A stretch of 63,929 bases of DNA, the filler included, from Circinaria calcarea (taxonomy: Eukaryota): assembly GCA_051942165.1 (NCBI GenBank). It is 3 parts of 3 records of this genome, joined end to end, with 100 filler letters (N's around TTAATTAATTAA, not from the genome) between each part and the next. Parts side by side here need not be neighbours in the genome. Positions count along the whole stretch, not along the records: positions 43,163 to 63,929 come from JAVECS010000162.1; 2 more parts are not named here. One strand, 5' to 3'. How positions within the stretch are numbered: position 1 is the first letter of the stretch; each line of letters starts with the position of its first letter. Of the stretch, positions 48,713 to 63,574 are shown one piece after another. Both the position numbers and the translations under genes were made by a program. The notes below the pieces were generated by a model that saw only the letters and a program-made list of their open reading frames with translations, was not told the DNA's origin and searched no databases.

Positions 48713-51700
48713 CTACGAGAACCCTTTCCTCCGAGGTTTGTGGGTATCCTGCTGGTCTTCATACTGGAGGTGGATTAGCATTGCACTGGGGAAATAGTAA
48801 CTAGACAACCACACCTCCAAGAAATCCGTCAAAGAGACCAGAAGCACATAATGCTCGACCAGCTCGTCCACCACTTCGCTGACATTAACAACGCTGGTTT
48901 GAGAGACGCCTACCCTCGCCTGCTGCTTGAATATTGCCACCATCGACGGCCGATTCTCAACCAAGAAGCGTCTTGCTTGCTCAATCGTGCCATGGTTTTG
49001 TGGACCTCGGCTTAAGACTAAGCTGGCGATTACTCGGACGATGAACAGAAGCAGTTCATGGTATCTGTCGAGAGCTTGAGGGTTGTCGATTTCTAGTCCG
49101 GTTAGCCAACGTACTCGATGCCACCGTACTTGTAGCTCACCAAGGCCAAGATCCGGGTCGACTGTGAAGAGTCCCGAAGCGGCTATTGCTGCAAAGAAAC
49201 CAGCGTTCATAACTTGCGCGGCCCCGGGTCTGGTTTGGGAAATGGTCAAGAGCAAAGATAGTTTGCTCTTGTAGTAGGAGAGAAGGAGGGGAATATCTAT
49301 CACAGACCCGTTAGCTTCTAACGATGCGAGGCTTCATCCCTCTGACGCTCTGTATGCTCACCTTTAATATCTGACTCTCTAAGCTCATCAGGAATATCCT
49401 TGATTGACTCTACAAGGACAACAATAAAGTTTGTTCGTATTAGCGAATCAATAAGATAGCTCGATTTGTCAAGAATTGTAAGTGCAGTCAGAGCATCTAG
49501 GAGTAAAAGTGCAGCGACCCTACAAGTCCCGTCTCCACCATACGCATCATCACAGATGATGTCGACTAATTTCTCACCAGAGCTTTTAATGAGCTGTGTC
49601 TCGTTCCGGTAAGGAATCCGCTCTGCCGAGCCCTCTGCGGTGACAGTCAAATATCTGTAACAGATTTGGTATAAGACTTCGCGGAGTAAGCTATCTGTAT
49701 CCGGCATAGAGATTGCCCGCAAAGCAATACGAAATAGTTGATGGAGTCGATCACTCGTCATGTCCCTAATCCCGCCACGGTCTATCTGTGTTGACTTGAA
49801 GTCAAAGTTAAAGAGCAAAGTACTAGCCAGTCTCGCGAATATCAAAGCTTCTGGTCGAGTAGCAGAAGCATACTTCTCAAGTTGTGGTGAAATAGATTGG
49901 AGAGCTCGTAGTACAAATGCTTCTTTAGCTTCACGATCAAGATTGTCACCCTGGACGAACAAAATAACGAGATCAGCCCAGGCATCAAGCGCAGCGATCC
50001 GAGCCAATTCGATACGCCTTAGATTATTCTGCCCGTGGAAATACAATAGTACATCCTGAATCTCGGAACGAGCCCGATTTTCCTCAGTGATGTCTTTCAA
50101 CAGGTTACTTTTAAGCAACTCATTGTGTCTTAGGGCGAGTAGCTCTTTAACTATCTTCAGGTCATAGAGCGGCGTAGTACTCTCAGACGAAGAAGTAACA
50201 CTAGCTTCAAAGTCAATAGCGGCGAAGTATTGGGAGATTGGCATATTCAAATTATCTGCGAGATCAACATTGACAAAATCAAGAAGATCAAGAAGGGTTG
50301 GGTTTGGGAGTTGTTCACCACTTGGTGTAGAGGTGGAGCCAAGTAATGTTGCCGTGATCTTCTCTTTCAGAGACGACATATCATTCGTTGCGACAAGGCG
50401 CATCTCTGCGCTTGCATATTCAAAGAGTGAGCAGCGTTGGCGGAAATACAGCTCGAGTGCTAGGGCAGATTCGTTAAATATGAGCATTCGGTCTCTGATT
50501 GTCTGGCCGTCCCAAAGTGTGTTAACGTCAATCAAGTCCTGGCTCAAGAATTGTTCAGACAGAAATTCACCAGCCCTCATCTCGATCATGGTATAAACAG
50601 ACGTCAGTGTTGACTTCCACAATGTCCGTAAGATTTGAACCCCTTTTTGCTTGAGACAGAGGAACCATGACAGCAGCACACCATCTGCACCGTCAGGATA
50701 TTCAGCAACCAGGCGTAGGATGGCATGAAAGAGTGACAGTCCTTTTGCGAACAAGCCATTCTCATCGATGTAGACTGAAACACCAGTGCAGGAAAATCCC
50801 AGTAGCGCATGCGCCAAATTTGGCCTTTCATTGGGGGATGCAATTAACACATGCTCCAAAAAGTCAAGAATCGCCAATTTGATAATGTATCCTGGGGCCT
50901 CAGGTCCCCGGCTGAGCTCCCGACCATCAAACTCCATTTCTGAGAGTAAAGATTTAGATACTGGCTCCAGGTCGTTGCTCTGCTCGAGGATACCGATCAG
51001 CCGGTTGCTTGACAAGCCTAGGCCAAGCCTCGATGTGGGCGGTGCATTCAACTTTCGTGAGCTCGAAAGTTTTCCCAGTAGTCTCAGAGACGAGAGAACC
51101 AGATCCGGGTGTCCCGACCCACAGTACAGACTTAGGTCAATGACGATTCTTAAGTTACTAGCAACACTATCCTCGAACGACGTCAAGGATGGGTTCATCA
51201 CAGCCTGTCGACGTGCACTACTCTGAGCCTTAATCAAGGGTCGAACGATATCGAGATACGTCGATTGTAGATCCATGATCAGACGCATTACCTCTATACT
51301 GCTAAGTAAAGCCAAAATTAAAGGAGATTCCGGCAAAGAGTTGTTGATTTCGTTAATATCTTGGTGTGCGGAAGAGAAGAGGGCAGCAAGGACACGCTCA
51401 TTGAACATCCACTCCATTACCCTCGAAAAGGGGTGAAGACAGCTGTACGAGAGTAGTGAAGACGTGTTCATGGCCTTATCGACCGCCACGTTTGACCGGT
51501 TTCCTAAGATCAGCAAGTCCTCGTTAAAGGTAGCTAGACAGGTTGCGGCGAAAGTAAGGGTGTTCAATGTTAGCGATCTAAGTTGCATGGGGTCGTCTAG
51601 CTCAGGTGTTCTAGTGGCAAATATATTGCCAAGTACAAAGTCGATGTAGGGTTCCACGCCTGGCATCCGATATGAAGATCCCAAGTGCTCAGGAAATGGC

Positions 51701-53966
51701 AAGGCATCGTTCAAACCTTCATCCTCCGCGGATGGACGGACAAGCGCTTGGAGCAGTGCCACGAATGCATTTGCCTCCTCGAAGTCATTTGCAATGGTCT
51801 CGAAAGCAATCTCTTCAGCCCAGGAAGTTGTGTTGGTAAGCTTGGCGGGCCGGTAGATGCTTGAAGTGTGTGAGAATCCACCCGATACCCACAGATCCAA
51901 AGCGGTCCAGAAATGATCACCTATTTCGCTAGTTTTATCCGTCAGTAGAGCTCTCATGGTATCGTAGGCGCAAGCGCGAATGCGTTTCGGCACCGCGCTA
52001 CTGCAGAGGAGGAAGAGCATGTCCAAAATATGGAAGGACTCGTGAGTCATGATCCAAGACCTGACGACTTCGCTTTGGGAGCATAAATGCGAAGTCAAAC
52101 GCAAATAACACTCAAGCATCATAGCACTCTCTGGTTCATCAATCTCTACCGGCTTAAGCTTTGCACCGTAATTAACGGTTGGTAGCACTAACATGGGATG
52201 CTCGCGGATTTTTGATGCATAGAAATCCAATTCGCCGAATATCTGGGCCCAGCTCAATGAGCTTGATCTGCGTAGGCGGCCTGGCATCGTAGGACTTTCC
52301 TCCAGAAGAAATCGATGCGCTGCAAGAGCACCTTCATCGCCTTCCGATAGAGCTCGGAACATCTCACAGAAAGCGCTCACACGTGGAGTAGACTGCCTTT
52401 TTGATGCCCACTGCAAGAATCCATACAGATTACTATCAGTGTCTGACCAAAAAGACGCAGCAGCATCCGGATGATGCTCATACACGTAGGATATAATGAC
52501 CAAGAACCTCTCAAGGTGTAAATCATGTTCTGATATACCGTTTTGCAAGCTGCCTTGGAGGCCAGAATGCAGTTTGCGACGCTGATCATCCTCTTCAACT
52601 TTGAATTTTCTCAGCGTGTCAGGCATGTTTGTAACAAATGCTTCCACGAAATTCTGAAACTGCTCCAACATGAGATCTCGAAAATGCGGCGATACTCCAG
52701 CGACCTCGGGTGGAAGCGCCTGAGAGTCGTGGAGAAGGAAATCTGTCAGCCCGTTTCTCGCGGGATCATACCAGTCCTTGGGTTTTGTCTGCGAACATAT
52801 GGTAAGGGTGCACTGCAACGCTCCATCACGAAGGGCCTGCATGAATAAATCTGATCGAACCTGACCATCGCCTTCAAGGTCGGAGCGTGGACGTGGGGAT
52901 GCAACAGGCACATCAAAGAAATATCCATTGAATTCTGCAATCCACCAAGTAATGAAAGCAGCTTGCAGATGAGGGATCGCCCAAGGTTTGCTTTCCCTGC
53001 TATCGACAATCTTTTTATGAATCCCCAGTGCCTCCTGAACATCTGGACCGGCATCGTAGGATCCATATCGAGATGTAAAGCTTAATAGGATCGGCACATA
53101 GTGGACAGCCAGATTGTTCCATTTGTCCATGGCGGGCATAATATCATCTAGAAGCTTATGGAAGTCCTTGGCTAGGGTATGGTTTGCTGTTATCAGATGA
53201 GTAGAAATTGCAGCCAATGATTCGTGCTGTAGGTTCAAGCTTTGCTGCTGGAAGTTCATAATCTCTTCGGAGTCAAGACTAAAAATTTGACCAAGAGTCT
53301 GAGTGCGCTGCATACGTGCAGCAAGGTCCTGAAGCCAATTCTCAATTGCGCCCATGGCCGCAAAGCATTTTTGCACATAGCTTGACCCATTTTCAGCAGG
53401 CCCGTCCTTTGTCTCTAGAACGATAGCTACCAGCTCACACAAATTGCCTCTGAGCTCTTCGCTGAGTTCTATATTTGTGGACAGCCGTAAGACGAGACGT
53501 AGACATTCTAACGTGAACTGCCTGATTTCGTGGAAGCAGATAATTGCGGAGGTTATTGCTGGCCGATCCAGAATCTCTGCCTCCTCTCTTGCATCCAGCA
53601 GGAGTGCAGCGGATCCTATCTCGTCAAGATTTAGGGCATCGGCAAGTTGTACTGTTTCTTCTTGGAACTCGGCGTTCACAGCGTACTCCACATCATCTAC
53701 CTGTATCGTCCCTGGCAACAAGGTACAAGTCAGCAACGACTCTCCTCGATTGAGGTAAATCAACCGTCAGAATCATCCTCACCCGTGGAGAGCTTCTGAC
53801 GACTTGCGTCATTCTTCGGCGGCTTGTCCAGCAGTTTCCTGAATGCTTCTATGTGAGCCTCGAGATCGATCCATAGCTTTTCGACACTTGCCAGACGAGA
53901 CTCGGATAATGCAATCAGGTCTTGATGCAAGCCCCGAAGGCTGATCAACTCGTCTTGAGCTTTCAT
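48713..53966 (-). CDS. NUP192: Nucleoporin Nup192/Nup205
   Basis: N-terminal FRKLLDKPPKN..SRQKL..G, VNAEF...LADALNLDEI, HDLHLERFLVII, LYGFLQWASKRQ. Long helical ORF of 1481 aa plus flanking exons. Confidence 0.88.
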
Positions 53967-54032
53967 GAGTGGTGCTCAAGACCTGGTGGTCTTGGTGGGG
54001 AAGGGGGGTTTATCAACCTTGGACCAGCTCAG

Positions 54033-54069
54033 ACGCGAAGGCTTGGCATTAGAATATTTCCAAACGCGT
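54033..54069. promoter_or_regulatory. MCB-like sites in the divergent NUP192/TEL1 promoter
   Basis: ACGCGA at 54033-54038 and a perfect ACGCGT at 54064-54069, inside the palindrome AAACGCGTTT. Confidence 0.45.
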
Positions 54070-54362
54070 TTCGAGCCAAAGAGAAAAAAGGGTTCATTGA
54101 GGATGATGCTAGGAGATGCCTGCATGTATCTATGTATGTTCCATATCATATCAAAGACTCAACACCATGTACATATTGAGCGTATCAAGTGAAGGATCCC
54201 GCAACTTCCTCTCTCTACTCATGACCTTAAAACCTGTCTAATTTGCTCACTATATGTTTTCAATGCACAGCAGATGTTGTGCTTCCAAGCACTTTATTTC
54301 CAACGGAATGCTCTCGAGCTATTTTCGATATGCTTTAGATAACGTGAAGTTCAAATTACACG

Positions 54363-57300
54363 ATGATGCGCATCAGGCTCGACAAGGCTCTCGGTCAGTA
54401 CAGACGTCGATTACTCTAAAGGTTTTCGTGAAGAGACTTATGATCGTTAGAGCAACTCCAATCATCGAAAGCGAAGGAGCGCGATGAAGCAGTCAAAGGT
54501 GAGACGGCGTACCGCCTTCTTCGGCCAATGCTAATCAGCCAAAGACCTAAAGCACATACTCTCCCAGAACCATCGGAGCTCAAAGCTGTGGGTGCAGTCC
54601 TATCTTTTATAGTCACTCTCATGCTAATGAGAGAGCCAGAGACGTCTTGACTGACAAGGGCTATCATCAGCTTTTCGAGACTTTATTTCGCATCAGCCAT
54701 ACTGAAAAACCCAACTATACTAAAGTGGGTAAACCCCGAATACAGGCTACTTCAAAGCTAGCCGGGTATGCAAGTACCCTCCGTACAGCCGTTGAAGCCG
54801 GTGTGCGTACGGTTCGACATAGGACGGTGAAAGCGTTGACTGATCATATCACCCAAATCCTACCAAGCCAAGAGGAAACTTATTGTGAACCGCTAGCCAA
54901 TAACTATGTCAGGGCGCTTAGGATTCTCCTCGAGTACCAGCCACACACTGAGCATCTTCTAGCAAAAGATTGGTGTGCTCTTGCCGACTTTTGCATAGAC
55001 GGCATACGAAGCTACATAGCCTCACTTGATGAGAGCAGCGCGAGCACGTTCAGCTTCCTAGATAGCTCGAATAGACTCACGAATCGCCTGAGCCGCTCCG
55101 CAACTCCCAGTACATTGAAAACGTCTTCAAACCAAGCACAGCGTTTCTCCAATCATTCTAATAAGAATGGTGACTCTTCCAACACCAGAAGTACGGTGGA
55201 GGAACTGGTTTTCTGTCTCTGTTATCTGAATTATGCCTCAAACGCACCGGTACTTGAGAAAGCTCAAGCTACCGTCACAGTTTTGTTTGAGTTGTTGCAA
55301 TCACCCTTCCCCCTCGATCAAGCGTATCAAGCTGCATTTGCAACGATCAATTGCGTCCTTACATGTACAACAACGGAAGACATCGAGTTGACCCAGCAGA
55401 TTGTCGGAGAAGCAGTACCTCTTATAAGACGATATTGGCATACTAAAGCCATGTCATTGAAAGAGGAGATGCTAGTTACTATGATTTATGGCGAATTCTC
55501 GCTATCCCATCTCTCACAATCGGATGATTTACAAGATTCCAGCAGCAATTTAGAGGGGCTTTTAGAGGCCATGCAGATTGAATATGGCAAGCGACCTGAA
55601 CGGGAGCAGTTGCAGGTTGATGACTTACGCCTGGTTGGCTCCTTTGATTCTGACGAGACTCGGATCCCTTTATCAACCCGAGCCTTTGCTTTACGTTCAG
55701 GAGTGTTCAAAGCAGAGCAAGCGTGGGCTGCTCTGGAAGTCATTGCGTCAATCTCGTATGCTTTATATGATCAGCCACATGAAATCCCTGTGACTGAGGG
55801 TCTTGCACCACCCCAAAAGCGCCGGAAAGTTGCCAAACCCGTTGACACTCTTCTGCAGCATATGGGCCTATCTTCAGTACCCGAAAAGCTGACTGCCCTG
55901 CAGGCGCTATCCTTTGTCATGGAGAAGATGATTCTTGATGTCGAAACTGTGCAAAGAACGCTATCTCGTTTAATGGCTTACATTTCGGGTAACGTGCCTT
56001 CTCTGGCAAACTGGGCTATGTTAGCCGCCAGCTGGTATGGCTCCACGTGCAAGCCGGTTTCTAATGCTAATGGTAGTGTCATCTAGTCTTGCCTACCAAG
56101 AAGCGTCCAACGCTGAATTACATCAACCTACATGGTTGCAAATTTGGCGGCTTTCAGCAAGGAATATCACTCTAGTGTCGACATGCCAAGTTGCCTGCCA
56201 TATCATGGCTATCTTGTTGAATAGACGCCTTATCGAGTTTGGAGGTATCGTTGATATCACTGATTCTATGCTTTCCTCAGTAGATCTCAACGGCCCTGCC
56301 CTCTTCACGGAGTCTGCTCTTGCTTGGTGGACTGCTGTAATTAGCTCTAAAGCAAAGTCGAGCCCTGGGTTGGTCCATGATACCGCTGAACGTGTCCTAA
56401 GGTGGGTTATTGTACGCTGGAGTCCATGTAAGAGATCTCCTGAACGTCTTTAGATGATGAATGCTTATCCGAGTGCGAGCAAAACTCCATGATCGACGCG
56501 CCCTGTCCTTACTTTCGCAGCATTGCCAGGCTCCGGGAATCATCAGACTTATCTCAGCGATTCTGGGGCTTCCGCATGGTGTTGATAAATACCACTCTAC
56601 TCCGGAATTTGGAGTTATTTCACAAGCTAAACTACGTTGCATACGCCACGAGCGCCTAATTAAGTACTTGATCTTGAAGGAGGATATGCCGGAAGACGAA
56701 TCGTCAAGGCATGGGTGTTCAGGGATAGAGACGATGATAAATTCTCTGCCGGACTCAAAATTCACCGGTCTGTGCAAGACCATGATCGACTTTTTGAGTG
56801 CAGAAATTGCAGCCATCCTTCACGATAGTCCATTCTTGAAAGTGGAGGAATCGCAGTTAACTACAGTTGATATGATCCGTGTCTGCTGTACGCTGTGCGT
56901 CGTTGCCTTTGCTCTCTCAAAGAGTCCTCGATTTTCTAACGTCGGCAAAGTACACCATCTCCTGACACTAGCCACCCAGTTAAGCGGACAGATTTCAAAG
57001 TACATTCCGGCTCAGGAGAGTTCTCGTGCTCTTTCCGATGGACTGCTTGGGTCGTTCGGCGACTTTATTGGATCTCTCAACCATATGTCGTCCGATATTA
57101 GCTTGCTCTCACACAGTACAAGAGAGATGGCCATGAACTTTGGTGTAGATTTCTGGCAGCGCTTACGAACTGTCGAGGGACAACGTGACATGAATGAGGA
57201 CGTCATGGAACTCGACCAAAGCTTCGACTCTCAAAGCACTCATAGCAGAGGCGATACTACTTTCAATGATATTTCACGAAACGAAATTGCTGCCATGACG

Positions 57301-60300
57301 GATCACAAAGCCTACCGAGCCTCGCTGATGGCCAAAATCTGCCTGGTGGCAATGGCTGGGCCCACTCTCAACAGAGATTCTGATGACTATGAATTGCCCA
57401 TCGCATTTGTGGAGTACCTCATTTCTCTTCCGCCAGACCAATATCTTGCCTCCCGCCCTTTCCTTGAAGAACTCTTGGAATCAGAGATCAGTATCAATAA
57501 ATACAGCGGGTGTCTGATGCTCGAGCACCTTGCTCAGGATTTCCTAGAGTCGTATGATTTTGAGAGATGCGAAGTGGTTTTGGGTGTTTGCCTCGACACG
57601 ATGACCAGTCTTACGGAGCTATGGACCGATGCTGAGGGTGGTGATATCTCGGCGGCTGGCTCCCAGCTCTATTCATGGTTCGGTCTCGTTTTGAACCGTG
57701 GGATTCTGTCATCGCATGTCCACGTATGCATGTCTTCGATGTTGCAGCGTGTCATCAAGGCACACCCGGACTATGCCAAGAGCCTCAGTTTACCGTCGGC
57801 ACGGACGAGCCTTTTTAAGATCCTCGAAGAAGGAAGTATTGCAGTCAAGTTTCAAGTGGGACTGAACATCTCGGAAATCTTTGGGCTTTTTATATTGAAA
57901 GAGCATGACGCGATACTCGAGGACGTAATCGACAGCCTCCCTAACGATCTTATCTGGCGCGAGGGTATTGCGCTTCGGTTATTCGTTCTAGCTCACCTAG
58001 GATCAGCCTGGTCAACCCTTCTTCGACGATGTATTTATGCCATCTTCGAAACACCTGGACATGTGCAAGGCTCTGCAGAACACGCCAAGTACTGCCTTAA
58101 GTACGTTTCTCGAAGATTAGGCATTCAGTCATCGCGGGATCTTTTCAAGCTTTTCGTGTCTCAGATTATCTACACATGGCTCGACACAGAATCGCTTGAG
58201 TCAATACCTTTCGTCATATTCGGATACAACAGCCTGGCAGACCTTCTTAGAGACGTCCAAGACGAGGTTACTGGACAGATTCTGTTGCGTGGTAGGGATG
58301 ATGAGGCTAAGCTGCTTGCCCAAGAGCTGGCAGAGCCCTTTCAGGCACTCTTGAAACGCTCATTCAGCAAAACTACAGCTTACAGTATTGCTCGAGATAT
58401 TGCAATTCCAGCCAGTCGTGATTCTTTGGCCTCCGGAGCTGAAGTCCGACTCCGTAAGCAACTGGGCAGCGAGGAATACTTGAGGCTGATAAAGGAGAAC
58501 TTCGCAGAAATCCTGGCTATTCTTTATAAAATTGTCGATCAAGAGGATTCTATCAGAAAGGGCTTTCAAAAGAAGAAGACGTTCGCAGTGGCGAGTCATG
58601 CCTATGATGAAATAACGTCCGCTGGAGCTTCGACAACGGTCTTGCCAGACAACCAGCAGCCTTGCTTCAAAGCCACCTACTTGGTCGACGAGATCGAGTT
58701 TCTCTGGAAGCGTACCACTTATGAGTCTGACATAATGTGGACTCCTGCTTTGTATACCTATAATTTTCGAGAACTTTTGGGTACTATACATACCGCATTA
58801 GGCTCACTCCATGCATGCTCGGTCATTCGAAAAATCAGAATCCTCGTCAGCATGGCTGGAGAAACCGCTCTGAACGGTTACCCACTAGAGACGACGCTTC
58901 ATTCGCTCAGCCCATTCCTGACTGATACTCAATGTGCAGAGGACGTTATTGGAATTCACCGATATCTTCTTAATTATGGAGCGTCTTATCTTCAAACTGT
59001 GCCATCCTTCCTATGTGGGTTAATTGTGTCAACGCTAGTCTCCATGAAGACCTTTTTAGGGACTCCACAAGATAGTACAACTCAGGAAAGCCAGTTCATA
59101 GCTACCATGTCAAAAGCGCAGCAATTCCACACCTGGCTCGGCGATTATGGAGCAAAATACACGTCGTCACTTTTGTCAGATCCAGCAGAGCAGTCATTCA
59201 AAGCCATGGCTTCATCTGCACGACAACTAAACAACACCGGGAACGCAAGAAAGGGAACTTATGAGAGCGAATTGCTCTTAGAGTTACTCGAGGATGAGCG
59301 ATCTGGCAGGAATCTGATTGATCGTCCTTCAAAGGACTTGATACTTGATTTGCTGAGTTCAACCTTTGACGCCCCTACCAACTTTCGTGATGACATCCTA
59401 GGCTTGGATGCTCACGCAGTAATGTATGCACCAGTGGTATGGGGTACATGTAAAAACAAATCTCGCGGAGCAGGCTATTGTGCATGGGCTGCTAGAGTCC
59501 TCGGGCGTGCCTATTGTACCTCAGGTACGGTAGGCAACGATATGTCCAAAGAGGTTGATCTTGGAAGTCCTCAAAATGCTACATCTGCTCTTTCATCCGA
59601 CCTTGGTTCCAAATCAATGTCCATGATTCTCAGCCTCCTTTGTGAGATACTTTTGACTAATAGTCGTCAAGATGTAGGTATAGCGGAAATCATTCTTCAA
59701 AGAGTCATTACACGGGCTGAAGGGACCCCCTTCTTCAGTGAATGTGAGAGTTCTCTCCCGGCTTCGTTGCTCACAGCTCTCATGTGGCAGCCGTTTTATT
59801 GCCCCACAAATCGAGTAGCAGATGCTGCGTCAGGAATCATGCTGGAAACCGTGATAGTTGACCGCAAAGTCGCATTCGTTAAATGGGTCGAAGACCTATG
59901 TATAGCGCTTATTAGCAAAGCTCTAGACGATCCCCTCCTATCCGAACTTTCACCAATCCTACGAGCCGTTGACAAACTCCCGGAACGAATGCTCCCATAC
60001 ATTTTGCACCTGGTCCTCCTCCGAGAAGCTAACGGAAAACAGACAGTTAGACGTGTGGTTTCAGACGCCCTAGAGCAGTGGTTCCAAGATACTAGAACAA
60101 CTGCAATTGTTCATAAGAGGTTAATTATACATGCGATATTATATCTGCGTACTCAGCCATTGCCACATGAGGCAACAAAGGCAGATCGTTCTCGCTGGCT
60201 TGAAATTGATTATCGGACAGCTGCGGATGCGGCCGTGCAATGCCAGATGTTCAAGACAGCCCTGCTTTTTCTTGAGATCAGTTTCTCCGAGACAGCCAAA

Positions 60301-63300
60301 GCGTCCAGGAGAGTATCTGACGGGAATTCTGAATTGCCGTTGGAGTTGCTACTTCGGATTTTTCAGCATTTGGATGACAAAGATTCCTTCTATGGTATAC
60401 AACAGCCGTCTAGTATATTTTCTGTGATGGAGCGATTAGAACATGAAAATTGCGGATTCAAGAGCTTATCATTCCGTGCTGCTTACTATGACAGCCAGAT
60501 AAGGTGTCTTAGCTCATCAGACTCAACAACGGAGGAAGGAATGATTAGAGTTCTTGATATGCTCGATCTGAATGGCCTTTCGCAGTCATTGCTGGCCGAC
60601 CTGAATGGTGCCACAACTATATCGACTGAGACCATGCTGCGTACTGCACGGAAGTTGGAACGCTGGGATATAGTAGTCCCACCCCAAGAAGAGAGCGAAG
60701 TTGCAACCATTTTCAAGGCATTCCAAGGTATTCAAGATGCCACAAGTCTTAATACCATGCACAGAACGCTCCATGATGGCTTCTCAAGAACAATCAGCAG
60801 CCTGGTAACTCATACATCTGTGGGTTACTCAGCACAACGTGCAGTACGTGCTCTCGCAGTCCTGACAGAAATCGAGGAAGTACTATCGGCACGTGGTCTG
60901 ATGCAGCTAGAAGAGACCTGGACAAAGTTTGAATCAAGAAAGGATTGGATGCTTGCCGGAAGGTAACTTATTCAACCTAAACTTGGCAGATATAAACAAT
61001 AATTGACCGATAACAGTTTCGAAAACGTACATAATATTGTTTCTTGCCGGGAGACTCTGTTTAGCACACTCAGCAAAAGCAACAGCCTACAAGCTTTATT
61101 GAACGTTTCTCCTCGTGATGCTCGAAGGGCTGAAAGCCGAGTCCTGCTTGCATCTTCAGTTCTAAATCGTCGTCATAACGCCTTACAGAGCGGCTTGATA
61201 TCAGCAACATATTTAACCCGGCTTGTACAACCGTGTAAAGACGTGGGTGTGAACATTGACGTAGCTGTGTCTTACGAAGGTTCGAATGTGTTATGGGATC
61301 AAGGTGAAATGTCCGCTTCTATCCGGATGCTGCAGGATCTTCTACATCTCTCAGATACGCAAGTTCAGGACATCTATGTAGGAAAGCCAGAGATACTTGC
61401 TAAACTGGTCAGTCGGGGTACTATACTGCATGCTGCAATACAAACTGATCTTACCCTAGGGACATCGGATATCTGAGGCACGCCTTGAGAAACCAGACGA
61501 GATCATTGCCAACTACCTCGCACCTGCCATCAAAGAGTTGCATAGCACCACCGAGGGCGACGAAGCAGGGCAGGTATATCACGAATTCGCATTCTTTTGC
61601 GATCAGCAGTTGCAGAATGCAGATAACCTAGAAGATTACCAGCGCATCAAGAGATTACGTGAACGAAAGAAATCGGAAGTGCGCGAGCTAGAAATGATGA
61701 TCAAGTCCGGAAACTCCCAAGCAAGGGAAAAGGATAACCTCAAAGCCCATCGCACAAAGGCCAAACAGTGGTTCGAGTTAGATGATCGAGAGTATCAACG
61801 GTTGAGAGACAGCAGACAAGTCTTCCTCTGCCAGAGCTTAGAGAATTATCTTCTCAGCCTCAAGGCATGTGATAGCTACGATAGCGACGCCCTTCGGTTC
61901 TCAACGCTTTGGCTTGCACACTCCGACGATGAGTCTGCTAACATGGCAGTTGCAAAAAACATCCCCTTCGTCGGCAGCAGGAAGTTCGCCCCGCTAATCA
62001 ACCAGTGGACGTCACGCTTGCTGGATGTGCCTGGAAAATTTCAAACACTGCTTGCTTCTCTAGTTCTCCGGATATGTGTCGATCATCCATACCATGGAAT
62101 GTATCAGATCTTTACCAGCAGCAAGAGCAAAGGTGGAAAGGACGAAGCTGCACTCGCTAGAACTGCGGCAGCTGCAAAGATCGTAGGCGAAATTAAAGCC
62201 AACAAGCATGCAGCACCGATCTGGCAGGCTATCCACAATACCAATGTCCTCTTCCATAGGTTTGCGAGTGAGAAAGTCGACGATGCTAGGGCGAAGCCGG
62301 GATCGAAAGTCCCTATGCGCAAATTCCCCGTTGGATTGAGGCTAGAGCAAGATGCCTTGATGCATATGGTACCACCTCCTACGATGAAAATCCGGTTACG
62401 AGCCGACTGTGACTATAGTGGTACGCCCACGATTGCCAAGTTTCACAACGAGTTCTCCATAGCTTCTGGTATAAGTATGCCGAAGATCCTTACGGTTCTT
62501 GCTTCAGATGGTCGAAAGTACAAGCAGCTCGTAAGTCTCATGTATTGTAACATTCAAACGTTTACTAACACAACTAAGTTCAAAAGCGGCAACGATGATC
62601 TCCGACAGGACTCCATCATGGAGCAGGTCTTTGAGCAAGTTAGCAACCTCCTACAGACACATCGAGAGACTAGGCAACGTAACCTTGGTATCAGGACGTA
62701 CAAAGTCTTGCCTTTGACTGCCACGTCAGGTATCATTGAGTTTGTGCTTGACACAATCCCCTTGCACGACTACTTGATCCCCGCTCATCAGCGACACTTT
62801 CCGGGGGATTTGAAAACCAATGCATGCCGAAAAAGTATCTCGGATGTACAGTCCAAATCTGTAGAGACCCGGATTAAGGTGTTTCGACAGGTTATGGAAC
62901 GATTCCATCCCGTGATGCGCTACTTCTTCATGGAAAGATTCGAGAACCCGGATGATTGGTTCGAAAAGCGCTTAGCATACACCAGGAGCACCGCAGCAAT
63001 ATCCATTCTCGGGTACGTCCTTGGCCTCGGCGACCGTCATGGCCATAACATCCTGTTGGACGAGAAAACCGGGGAGGTTATCCATATCGACCTCGGTATC
63101 GCTTTCGAGCAAGGTCGTGTGCTGCCCGTTCCCGAAGTCGTCCCGTTCCGTCTCACGCGGGACCTTGTTGACGGCATGGGCATCACCGGAACCAAAGGGG
63201 TCTTCCAGCGCTGCTGCGAGTTCACCCTGGAAGCCCTGCGCAACGAATCCTACACCATCATGACCATCCTCGACGTCCTGCGCTACGATCCCCTGTACAG

Positions 63301-63574
63301 CTGGTCCATGTCGCCCGTGCGCCTGAAGAAGTTGCAAAAGGCGCAGGATGATGCGCAGGCGGCCGCGGCGACGACGCCAGACGCAGACGAGGAAGCGTAT
63401 GCGAACAAGACGAAGGAGAATGAGCCCGGGGAGGCGGATCGCGCACTCACGGTTGTGGCGAAGAAGCTGTCGAAGAGCTTGAGCGTAACGGCGACGGTTA
63501 ATGAGTTGATTCAGCAGGCGACGGATGTGCGGAATTTGGCTGTGTTGTTTTGCGGGTGGGCGGCTTATGCTTAG
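54363..63574 (+). CDS. TEL1: ATM/Tel1 PIKK kinase
   Basis: N-terminal TAN-like [18 protein letters not shown], a FAT region, kinase motifs [22 protein letters not shown] and [11 protein letters not shown], and FATC end LFCGWAAYA*. Confidence 0.95.
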